A model generated the notes under the pieces. The model was not told where the DNA came from. It ran no database searches and saw only the letters and a list, made by a program, of their open reading frames with translations. Below, piece after piece: positions 1-10,890 of a stretch of DNA of 64,000 nucleotides (position 1 is its first letter; every line of letters starts with the position of its first letter). The position numbers and the translations under genes were made by a program. The stretch comes from Massalongia carnosa (taxonomy: Eukaryota). The stretch is taken from assembly GCA_965645245.1 (NCBI GenBank), contig OZ287069.1, positions 2,604,001-2,668,000 of the forward strand, read 5' to 3'.

Positions 1-2105
1 TCGGAGCCGGTGCCTTGCCTGTGCTTGTAGCATGTCGAGATGCGTGTCTATGGGCGCTATGAATGTCTCTGCTTCTAGTACTGAGATGGGAGTGGCTTTA
101 AACGCAACGGCTATGGTGCGAAGGCAATTGTTTTGCATGACGGAGAGCTTGCTCGTTGACGTTTTTGACTTTTTGACTTCTTTGGGCATGTGCCATACGG
201 TTGACCCATATGTCATGGCCGGACGCACCACGGCACTGTAAACCTGCCTTGCCTTGGCGAAGGTGGCACCCCAGGTTGATGTGGAAATTTTTGCCAATGC
301 CATGGATTGTTTGACCATTTTCTCTTGCGTTTTGCGAACGTGCGGTCCCCATTTCAATTTGGTGTCGATTTGTAGGCCCAATACTCTGATGTCCGTTTTA
401 GGTTCAATTTCGGTGCTAGCAATATTGATGGATGCAGTCATGTTGAATCTTTTGGGATTTCTGGACAAGTGTATGAGTTCGTACTTCGTCGGAGCGAATA
501 CGGACCCGTGCCGGGAAGCCCACGTCTCACATTGTCTGTGTATTGCCTCTAGAGTTTTGCAGTTTTCATCGGTGCTTTTTCCATATGCCAAAATGTTTGC
601 GTCGTCTACGAATCCTATGGCACTTGTGTTTTTGCCTGGTCGATCACATATTTCCAATAGATCTGCATTGTAAAATAGGTAAAGAATGGATGACAGGGGA
701 GAGCCCTGCGGGATACCCGTTCTTACCGCAAACCGCCCGGTGACTTTTCGATTTATTGCTAAAGTGGTGCTTCGATCGCCCAGAAAGCTGTTTAACCAGT
801 CGGTGATCCATTTTGGAATTTTTCTTTTCCGTAGGTTGTGCGTTGGTCGTTGATGTGATACCGTATCGAACGCGCCGGCGACGTCCATGCTTAGCAGTGT
901 GGCTACTTTGTCTTTTCCCTTTCCCCAAATCGTGTGAACCTGTTCAGTTAGCAGTTTCAGTGCTGACTCTGGATCTGCCCTTCCTTGCTCCCATCTGTGT
1001 ATCGGGTAGGAGCCGGTGTTTTTCCGCCAGATAGGTTATTTTCGATTCAATGATGGATTCCATAACTTTACTGAGCGTGTTGAGCAGTGCAATTGGTCGG
1101 TAGGCTTTCGGCGTGGTATAGTCTCCTTTGCCTATTTTTTTCAGCGCTATTGTGTTTGCCATTTTGAAGGCCCGCGGGTGGTACGAGTGTGACGCACGCC
1201 TGAAACAGAGGTGTTAGTAGTTCGACAAGTTTTTCGCTGCATGCTTTGCGTATTCTGTTAGATATGCCGTCTGGGCCCGGTGCCTTATCGGACTTGAGCC
1301 GACTCAGGGCCGTCGATACTTCTGACTTGGTGATGATTATTGGGCAGTGCGGCGATGTAGGATAGAAGGATCCTTCTATGTCGCTTAGGTCGGCCGGTGG
1401 TGGTGCGGGAAAGAAGACACCTTTCAGCATTTCGGCTTTTTGGTCAAACGTGTCTGCTACTTGGTCATTGAATTTTAGCATCGGCATTTTGGATACTTCT
1501 CTAGATTGATGACTTTTGTCTTTGGCCCATTTCGCTAGCCGCCATAGTCCCTGAGGCGTTTCGGTGGCCTTATTGATTTCTTGACGAAAGTTTGTTCTCT
1601 TTGCCTTTTGAATGGTTTTCTGTTTCTTATCATTGGATTTCATATAGTTAGACCAGTCCGTTAGGTCTAACGTGCTGGACCATATGCGGCGTAGTTTCCG
1701 TGTGGCTTTGGTGGCAATGCTGCATTCTTCTGTCCAGAATGGCTTAGCATATTCGCTAGATTTTGCCCATGGAACTGCTTCGTTGATGACATTTTGTAGA
1801 AAATTTTGAATCGATTCCGTGTACGCATCAATCTCGGCAGTGCTACGGGGAGACTCCGGTATAGGGGCGTGTCGTTCGGCCTCCCTTAATTTTTCTAGGT
1901 TTAGAAGTTTCCATAATCGTCAGCTAGTCGCTCGCCTAATCCTCTCCCTCCAAGAAGCATTTTAGAAGCGAATGCTTCTTGGAGGGAGAGGATTAAGCGA
2001 GCGACTAGCCGACGATTACTCTGCGTTTGATTTTCGGTTGCGGCCCGCTTCCGAGTAGGATGCGGGTTGATATCGGCACGTGATCGGACGATTGATTCAA
2101 TTCTC
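1..2105 (-). mobile_element. Degenerate, 5'-truncated Tad-clade LINE (ORF2: end of the endonuclease region plus reverse transcriptase); 3' end lies outside the window
   Basis: Minus-strand fragments KAPGPDGISN, YRPIALLNTLSKVMES, LLPDTQMGARKGRS and GIPQGSPLS. They are colinear with the LINE ORF2 at 19002-22343 and broken by frameshifts. Confidence 0.92.
1916..2016. mobile_element. 101-bp fold-back MITE with TA target-site duplication, nested in the LINE
   Basis: Two 46-bp inverted arms (2 mismatches) around a 9-nt loop, with TA at 1914-1915 and 2017-2018. Removing it plus one TA restores the LINE frame K-R-R-V-W-K-L-L-N-L-E-K-L-R-E-A-E. Confidence 0.88.
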
Positions 2106-2435
2106 GATCACGTTTTCCTCTTAAGATCCTTCCGAGTTTCTGGTCAGGCTGCGACACCGTTCCGGAGCATCATGTGTGTAGATCACCTCCAACGATCGTC
2201 GGTCATCTTCACTTGACACGTAATTAGAGTATTTCCCTTATCGCTTGCATTTCTTTCGGCTTTTGTCGTCTGTCTTCTTTGCCACACTTCCTCATTTACC
2301 CGGTTCGCTACCTCCCAAGTCTCTAAGAGTAATTAGGGCGCTCAAAGAATTTTGTCACATGTTTGGATCATAATGAGTTATCATGCGCTTTTCGTACTTG
2401 TGTAATTCTCCTAAGTCCATCTTCTTTCTCTTCTT

Positions 2436-3305
2436 TGTTAAATAAACAGTTGACGGCATAATGTTGAAATTACTACGGAGGTGACTGCTTATAGTAGTCA
2501 TGGCAGCCTGCAGGGCTGAGCTAGAACTAATGGGGCTAAGCGAGTATTCCAACACCCTTCGCCTCCAAAATTGAAACTATCCAGCTTTTATCACTCCCCT
2601 TGCGAAGTGATTCATCCAGCTGTGTCCGATTCGCTTCCCTTGCGGAACGAATCTAGCTCCCTCTGACTCCATTTTCCCTAAGCACGTAGTTCTTTCTTAT
2701 GTCTTTTGTTGTCCTGCTTTGTAGCCTCATTAAACCCATAACCATCTCTCGAAACGTAGCTTTTGTGAGTGTATGGGTGGATGGGAAGAGTACTATGGAC
2801 GTGTTTTATTGATGGCCTGAGCAGAGCTTTTCTCGATGTCTCTGTTAGACATTTTCCCGCAGACCATTGACGTTGGTGGCCTGATCGCAGGGCTTTTATC
2901 TCCCCTTGCTGATCTGACCAGTAATGCAAGATGTGAAGTCTTCGAGGCACCGCCCGTTGTAGATGTCCTCCTCAGCACGTTTCGTACGTACACCACTTTC
3001 GATGACGTTTCCGCTTCGTTTCCGCTTCATTTCTCATCCCTTTCGATGTCGTTTCCGCTTCGTTTTCGCGCTTTCCACGTCTGAACTTTCACCTCATCAT
3101 CTTCTTGATACGACATGATAGTACGTAGTCTATGCATGAAGGATGCCGTCGGAGGGGCGCAAAGCACAAACCCGGGACTCATAACCTGTTAAATAAACAG
3201 TTGACGGCATAATGTTGAAATTACTACGGAGGTGACTGCTTATAGTAGTCATGGCAGCCTGCAGGGCTGAGCTAGAACTAATGGGGCTAAGCGAGTATTC
3301 CAACA
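2436..3305 (-). mobile_element. TRIM-like miniature non-autonomous LTR retrotransposon with a Copia-type PBS
   Basis: Two identical 119-bp LTRs (2436-2554 and 3187-3305, TGTT...AACA). On the minus strand, PBS GGTTATGAGTCCC follows the 5' LTR and purine tract GGAGGCGAAGGG precedes the 3' LTR. Flanks are TTCTT/TTCCT. Absent from the right arm. Confidence 0.9.
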
Positions 3306-3346
3306 TTCCTTCCTTTTTCCATTAAGTCTTTGCCGCAATAGATCAT

Positions 3347-3854
3347 TGTCAGGCGATTAGGGGTCACATGACCCGCCATGGGTCACATGACCCACGAACC
3401 CCTATGAGATATCCCTCAGTTAGCTAGCCTAGACCTCCCATATATCAATACACACCACTCCTTTTCACCTATATTCCACATTAGCCCATACAGCTTGATA
3501 GTTATGAGCCCGGAGAGCATAGAAGCTTCAATTCCTACTCATTGATCTAGTTGAATAAAACCCTCTTCCCAAAACGATCCAACAAAACGATCAAAATGGA
3601 GGAGACCAACAAAGCAACGATGATCGCCCTAACTCCCAAGAATTATCATCTATGGATTAGGGAATTACAAGGAATATCCAAGAAAGCGAAGGTATGGCAA
3701 TATGTGGACCCCAATGGTTCAAAACCGGAGCCCGAAGAGGGAGAATATCCGGAAGTTTCACAATATCAAGTCCCTATTCAAGCACAGCCAGCAGGTGGAA
3801 TTGCTTACCCCATTATAGAAGGTGGAGTTGTAATAGCCACCAAATCGGCTGACA
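3347..3854 (+). mobile_element. Truncated Copia-like element (LTR, PBS and gag N-terminus) with 5-bp TSD
   Basis: Starts TGTCAG and ends CTGACA, with ATCAT duplicated at 3342-3346 and 3855-3859. PBS-like GTTATGAGCCC at ~3501. Gag-like LTPKNYHLWIRELQGISKKAKVWQYVDP from ~3596. Empty site in the right arm at ~30616. Confidence 0.8.
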
Positions 3855-4771
3855 ATCATTTACTGCTCAGCAATGCATAAATCGTTTTCTGAATGCACTC
3901 GTTTTGCGCTTGCCTGTTCCATTAGCTGACACATGAACCAATGCAGATGCGATGTGGAATGATGACTCAATTTTACAATTTCGTTGGTTAATACAGATAT
4001 CTGGGGCTTTCAGAGGAAAGCATTCATCTTCAACTCTCATCAAGCACCCTACTGTTTCAAGACGCACGGAACGACCTAGCCTACCGTAATGTGAACCGAG
4101 GTGTCCCGAAATCCAAACAGATACGCTGGAGAGTCTGCATTAATTAACATGCATATAAGGAGAGCAGAATGTTGTGCAGTTGAAACTCGGATATGCCCCA
4201 GCGTGAGCCACCCACGGCAGCGCATTCTTATATCATCTGATGCTTTTGCTGCGCATTATCACAAGTTTTTGGTACCGGAATAGCGGATCAACTAAAATGT
4301 TGTATGCAAACTACCGATAAGCCGTGGAAGTTGTCGATATGAAGCTTTTACATTAAGTTGGCATATACGCCTCCTGGCTATAGGGATTTTGAAGATGAAG
4401 TACCGACATGATGCTTGGCTGCATGTGTAGCTGTCTGTCTGGGTGGGGGTGGTTTTTGAAACTCTACCTACTCGATCGATTGCCAGATGAAAGCAGGCTT
4501 CTATGTTGAAAAATGACGAGAAACAATGAAGGCTTTAAATAGTTTGGCTATCCCACGTCCACGGTGAGCTTTTGATTGGAGGAAGTTGGCTTTGCCTCTC
4601 ATGTTTGCATCTAAGAAATGGCCTAATTATTTGCAGTCGTTTGGGGTATAAACCCACTTATAGGTGTGACCCTGCAAAATTGTCGCACAGTAAGTCTTGC
4701 TAGGGCCTGAGGCTGAGCTTTGACGAACTTGTAGGACGCCGGTGCCATCCAACCAAAAGCCTGTTCTTGCC

Positions 4772-4811
4772 CTTTCAGACTTTCAGGCTTTCAGGCTTTC
4801 AGGCTTTCAGG
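4772..4811. repeat. (CTTTCAGG)n short tandem repeat upstream of calpain
   Basis: Five units here (the first imperfect) versus four in the right arm at ~29665-29697. Confidence 0.85.
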
Positions 4812-5115
4812 CGTCCTATTGACGGAGCCGCATGAACAGCTCCCCTAGTGGTGGGCCAAGTGCGGCGACGTAGCTTCATGGATAGAGCACTAGAGATCTA
4901 CTAGTGAGTGTTTACTCTATATAAAGTCGTACATGATCCCCCGTTGAAACGGTTAACTAGCTATCACAAGAACACGCAAAGTATTTCGGCTACAGCTATT
5001 TCTCAATTCAGGCTTACTATTGTACAAATCATTTGCTGTATCAATATACATCTGCGAGGGTGATATAAAGCCGTCATCAAATTGACGCTGCGTGAACATC
5101 GCAGCAATCCGAACA

Positions 5116-8100
5116 ATGGACTGTCGTGCCGAAGCCCCCTCGAAGGCCACAGCGCCTGAACCCATAAACAAGGCGAAGAAGCGCGTACCCCAAGCGAACG
5201 TGGACGAGTTCTGGACCAAGTTCAATACCGCGTTTCCGGGAAAGGTGCACACGATCTTACCTAAAGACGCCTATGCCCGAGCAAAAGCTGCCAAAAATCC
5301 CAAGGGTGCGGTGCACAGTCAAGGAGCCGGAAAATCGTACGAGGAGGCATCGGCCGAATGCGTCGCTGCCGTCGAGAAGATTGCCGCCGAATGCCGACGG
5401 GTGAACCTCAAGTATAGGGACCCACACTTTGACATCGAATGGGATTTGAAGCGCCGTCGCCGCGACTGCTTGGATGGGTTGGTGTCGCGTGGCCGGGATC
5501 TCGCTCCCCGGTCGGTCAAACGTATTTCGGTATGAATTGGAATATCTTGCAGGCCCATAGCTTCTCGGGGATTTAACGGTCATTAGTATATATTCAATGA
5601 TCCAGTTTTCTACCAGGAAGGTGCTAGCGCCAGCGACGTGCGCCAGGGAGGGAATGGCGATTGCTGGTTTATGTCTGCGCTCTGTGCGCTGGGAAACAAA
5701 AAAAATCTCATCGACAAAGTTTGCGTGCATCGCGATGAGCAAGTAGGCGTGTACGGTTTTGTGTTCTATCGAGGTAGCAACAAGCATCTGAAGTGGTTGG
5801 AACGAATGAGGCTGACTTGGATTAGATGGGGAATGGATCCAAACGATTATTGATGACAAGCTATATCTCATTGCAGCTGATTTTGACGAAAGCGATGATG
5901 AAAAACGCATATGGCAAAAAGTCAGTATGCAAGATCCAGAGGAAGAATATCGAATATCATGCCAGAACGGCTCGCGTGCCCTGTTCTTTGCTCAATGCAG
6001 CAGCGAGAACGAGACATGGCTACCTCTGCTTGAAAAAGCATATGCTAAAGCCCATGGTGATTTTAACTCTATTCAAGGTGGATTTACTGGGTCCGCCCCT
6101 TCCCTCCTTCCCTCCCCTATCGAAACCTGTCGTCTTGCTTGATTATCAGCTGACAATTCCTAGTGAGGCCATCGAGGATCTAACTGGTGGAGTAACTACT
6201 GAACTTTTCACCTCCGACATACTCGACACGAACAAGTTCTGGACTGAGGAACTTTTAAAAGTCAACAAAGAGTTCTTGTTCAGCTGTTCGACTGGCATCT
6301 TTGATAATTGGCAAGGAACCGACGATGATACCGAACGTAGAGGTATCGAGCCAATGCATGCATACTCTATTATGCAGGCTAGGGAATTAAAGGGAGAAAA
6401 GCTGCTGCTGGTTAGGTCCGTTCGCTCATCTCTCTCGATGACGCTTCAGAGTCTGACGTTACTTTAGAAACCCATGGGGCAAAAGTGAATGGACCGGTCC
6501 TTGGAGCGACGGCTCTGAGCAATGGACACCGGAGTGGATGCAGCTTTTGGGTCATAAATTTGGTGATGATGGCGTAAGGCTTATCCTGGAGAAGCGTTAG
6601 ACCGGTAACTGATGCATACAGATGTTCTGGATCTCGTACAAAGATCTTCTACGCAAGTATCAGTGCTTTGATCGGACTCGGCTTTTTGGAAACGAATGGA
6701 ATATTACACAGCAATGGACGACGATAGACGTACCTTGGTCGGCCGACTATAGTGACACTAAGTTTAGCATAACACTCATCAAGCAAAGCGCTGTTGTTAT
6801 AGTTCTATCCCAAGTAAGTGAATTCCCTGGTACGCTGAATCATGGGTTTAACCTTGATTAGCTTGATGACCGCTACTTCCAAGGACTGCAAGGGCAATAT
6901 TCTTTTTCACTGCACTTCAGGCTTCACAAAGACGGAGATTCTGACTACATCGTGCGGAGCCACGGTAATTATCTGATGAACAGATCTGTTAGTACAGATT
7001 TGGAATTGGATGCGGGCACCTATTCGGTCCTCATGAAGATTACAGCCAAGCGATGGACAGATAGATCCACTCCGGAGCAGGTCATCAAGAAAAATTGCAG
7101 AGATAAGCAGGACAAGCTGATACAAATAGGACTAGCTTATGACCTTGCACATGCAAAAGGGCAAATCAAGGAAACAGAGGGCGAGAAACAGCTACGCAAA
7201 GAGCGAGAAGAGAAGAAGAAAGCCGCTGAAAAAATCAAGTGGCGCAAGGAGTTCCGCGAGCAGAAGTTTAAACTGTGGCAGATCAACATAAAACAAAAGG
7301 CTCGGGAGAAGCGTCATGCGAGGAGGAAGGAAGAGCGGCATAGGAAAAGGACTGATGCTGCAAAAGCCGCAGTCGTCTCAGAAGGCTCCGCTACGGGAGG
7401 AGCCGCACACCCCGAATCTGATTTGACGCCGGAGAATCTAGCTGGAAGTGCTGCCCCTCCAAAGTATGATGCAGCACCCGATACTGCAGCTGCAAATGAT
7501 AGCAGCAATGCAGAGCAAGAGCCAACCCCCGCTAGCTCCCTTGAAACTAAAGCTCAGGAGCCCAGCTCTGAAGCTCAAGAGCCCAAATCTGAAGCGGCAG
7601 CACTACCATCACCTCCTGCTGAATCGATTTCCTTGGAGCCTACCCAGGACCCGACTAGCGAAGCCCCGATCGAAACATCAAGCGCCCACGAGCTTTCTCA
7701 AAAATTTCACGCTGCCCTCCAAGCCATTCCTTCTGTCCTAATTAACGGCAGCTCTGCTCCGGCCTTCGATCCCGCGCCCCCTTCAACTGCTGCACCTCCA
7801 TCCATAGCCGGTCCACCGGCTCTTGACTCGGACTACGATTCCGATGCCTCTTTTAACTCCTCCATCGATACTGATCTTGATTTCCCTTCTTCCCCCGTCA
7901 TCTCCCCCGCCGATATTGCAGTCCCAGCTGCAGCAGAGAATGACGATGAATACGCAGAATTTGAAAACGATCCATGGAACGCGGTGTGTGTGGTGGGACT
8001 GAGAGTCTACAGTAAAGACACGGAAATGTGTGTGGAGGTGGTGAGGCCCAAGGAAGATGATGAGTCGGAGTCGCCATTGGATGTGGATGACGTTAGCAAA

Positions 8101-8190
8101 GGAGCCAGCGGGGAGAAGGTGGAAGATCAGGTAGAGGAAGTTATAAAGAATCAGGCACAAGAAAAGGCTAAAGAAAAGGCGAATGAATAG
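5116..8190 (+). CDS. Calpain-like cysteine protease (CysPc domain, C2L-like domain, charged and low-complexity tail), copy A, multi-exon
   Basis: Catalytic motifs RQGGNGDCWF (Cys), MHAYSIM (His) and RNPWG (Asn), plus WLPLLEKAYAKAHG, EDLTGG and W.GPWSDGSEQW. GT-AG introns join the ORF pieces. Confidence 0.92.
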
Positions 8191-8508
8191 TCAGAGGAGA
8201 CACGTGATAGGAATGTCAGCGTTGGGATAAACAATTGTTGGAAAATTATTGAGGTGAGATTGCGACGATAGGATGGAGTAGCGATTAGTATGGAAGGTCA
8301 AAAGCTGTAGGAACCGTACGAGTCTATTCGCCTTGTATCATGGTTGAGTCGTTTACTTCTAAGAAGTAGAACAAAACAACCTAGCGCATTTTTAGACAAA
8401 TACATTGTTGGATGTTAGAGACGTCTTAGCCTGCATATATCCATCGCGTTGAGTCCCTGAGGATAGAAAATGGGACTTGAAGGATAGCTCGCCGCATTTA
8501 ACGCGTAT

Positions 8509-10643
8509 CCCTCTAAGCTAATCTATATTGGACTAGCTTCCGCACTGATGAGTCATCAGAACATTAGTTTTCTCTTGAGTGTTTGCGCGTTTGTTAAGAA
8601 TAACTTACTATTCGGTCATTCAATCAAAATAAATCACATAAATTACTATTCTTCTAGCTTCGGAATTGATATTATAAGTATGACGCTCAATGAAGAAGAA
8701 ACCCCGAGTGTATCAGAAAAATCTCCCATTTCAGCGAAGCAACATAAAATAAATCGCAAAAGAAGTGTTCGAGTTATTTTAATCGACCTTCCCCCTATTT
8801 CCTCAAAATATACCCCCATTCGGGTTGAAAACAGGCCTTTTGTTCCGCTCGTTGAAAACGATTCTCGAAATCCTTTGGGATTATTTCGGTTATTTATAAC
8901 AAGGCAGTATTGTCGTATCATCGCAAATCATACCAATATCAAGGCATATAACTACATGGAAAAGGAGAAGGCGAACAATCATCGGGTTTGGACTGACAGT
9001 ACTGACTCGGAAATTGAGTTTTTTTGGGCATAATAATTCTTATGGGACTCGATCATCTACCTGCTACAGAGGATTATTGGAATCAACGTCCTGACAAACC
9101 AGTCATCATGCCTATTCTGTCCGCGATGTCGCTTGGTCGATTTCAACAAATCAAACGATTTTTGAAAATCAATAATGGACGGACTGAGCCTATCGGACTT
9201 GGTCAAGGACCTGATTGGTGGAAGAAACTGGAACCGTTGGCTACTGATTTCCGAAAGACTTCATTGAAACATTGCAGACCAGGAAGTATGATATCTATAG
9301 ATGAACAGCTGGTGTTATTCAAGGGCCGTTCTCGACATACCTTGCAGATTACTACAAAAAGTGCCCATAAAGGATTCAAAATCTACAGTCTCTGTCAGGA
9401 TAATTATCTGTTGTCATTTATGTTTGCCTCGAAAAGTAGCAGAATAAGTGAATTGAAAACAGTCAGACAATTGGGATTTTTGCCAAAAGATAAACTAAAT
9501 CCTAGTGCTTTGCTAGTGATTCGGTTATGTAAAGAACTTCCATCCTCACTGAATTATCATCTTTTCTGTGGTAATTTCTTTACTAGTACGAAATTATTCA
9601 AGGCACTTCGATCAATCGGAATAGCTGCCAGTGGAACTGCTAAAAAGGGCTCGGGCTTTCCAGAAGAATTGTTGGCCATACGGGACGTCACTTTAAAAGA
9701 AAAAGACTGGGGTCTTCAGGCCCATATGGTGGTCGACGATAAGGTGCTTTGTATGGGCTGGGTGGATAATAATGGTGTGCAGTACATGACCACCGGTCAT
9801 TCTTCTCAGGACTTGTACGAAATGCACTATATAAATCCGCACAAGAGATATGGAATTCCCGAGACCTCTCTTCAACCTATTGTATCGTATTTCCCATCAA
9901 CTCTGGCTCACTCCATTCCCTTGCTCAATCAAGAGGTTCAACGGCCCTTAGGATTACCGATACCAGCCCCAATCAAAGAATATAATCTTCATATGGGGGG
10001 ATCGGATGGAAACGCTCAGCAACGAGCGATTTACTCATACAATCGTCGAACGGATCGTTACTGGTGGCCTTTGTTCATTTTTATTTTAGATGCAGCCGGA
10101 TTGAATGCCTATAAACTTTACTCGCTGAACTCTTTCGATTCCGAGGAGATAAAATTTACTCGTTCTGAATTTCTTCGTCGGATTGCTCTTGAACTGATAT
10201 CAAATCAAGCGGGCATCAGACCCGGCTCATCAAAGATAAGCATCAATACCGCGATTGATGCTTTAGTACCATCTCCCATTCATCATTACGTTCGTCTTGA
10301 AGGCAGAAAAAGATGTGTGCAATGTAACGCCGAGAAAAAACGACCTTCAAAGCGGAAGGGAGAGCCACTGGCTGAAATAAGTGTCGATGGGCGAAAAAGA
10401 AGGCGAAGGGGTGCTCAGACTATATGGGCTTGTGGAGGATGCAATCCAATCAGGCCCTGCTGTAAGAAAGCCAGCTGTTGGGAAGTTATTCATATGATAG
10501 GGGACGAGTAAATAGGTATCTGATACTCCGAATATGAACTTCTTGTGAATAGGAATAACATTGATTGGTCAAAATTTTAAGGTTTAGCGCTTTCTAACCA
10601 ACAATAATTTAGCTTGGGGGGTGCTAGAATGACAGCGAGAGGG
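8509..10643 (+). mobile_element. piggyBac-like DNA transposon, defective
   Basis: Transposase in two frames (~8680-9033 and 9024-10511), shifted at a T run. Motifs SIDEQLVLFKGR, GNFFTS (normally DN.FTS), YNLHMGGSD and a C-terminal Cys-rich domain. Candidate termini CCCTCT...AGAGGG are tentative. Confidence 0.88.
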
Positions 10644-10890
10644 ATAAATACTTCGTCAGCCATTGTGGCTGAAGCGCACCCGTTACGCAAATAACTTACG
10701 GTAAGTTTTGTATTGGCTGATTACGGGGCTAATACGAATACCAAATAAAGCTTAAGTTACAGAGTAAACTCCGTACGAAATATCTTGCTTATCCGACTAC
10801 TCCATAAACCTTCAAAAATGGCCTTTGCATCCTCTAGTTAATATATAATGATAAATTTCTCCTTTTCATCATCATCCCAGATTTGCCACC

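Larger units (their letters stand above)
2100..8326 (+). repeat. Left arm of the large inverted segmental duplication (partner 26163-31233)
   Basis: Reverse complement of the right arm over 2100-2435, 3306-3346 and 3855-8326. ORF-track proteins are near-identical in all frames. Confidence 0.97.

Noticed and set aside
3867..4283. Short ORFs conserved in both arms (66 and 60 aa)
   Set aside because: Conservation simply reflects the recent duplication. They have non-ATG starts and no coding signal.
5452..5499. Diversity-generating retroelement as the cause of the variable patch
   Set aside because: The changes are not adenine-specific, there is no template repeat, and the nearby RTs are ordinary LINE RTs.
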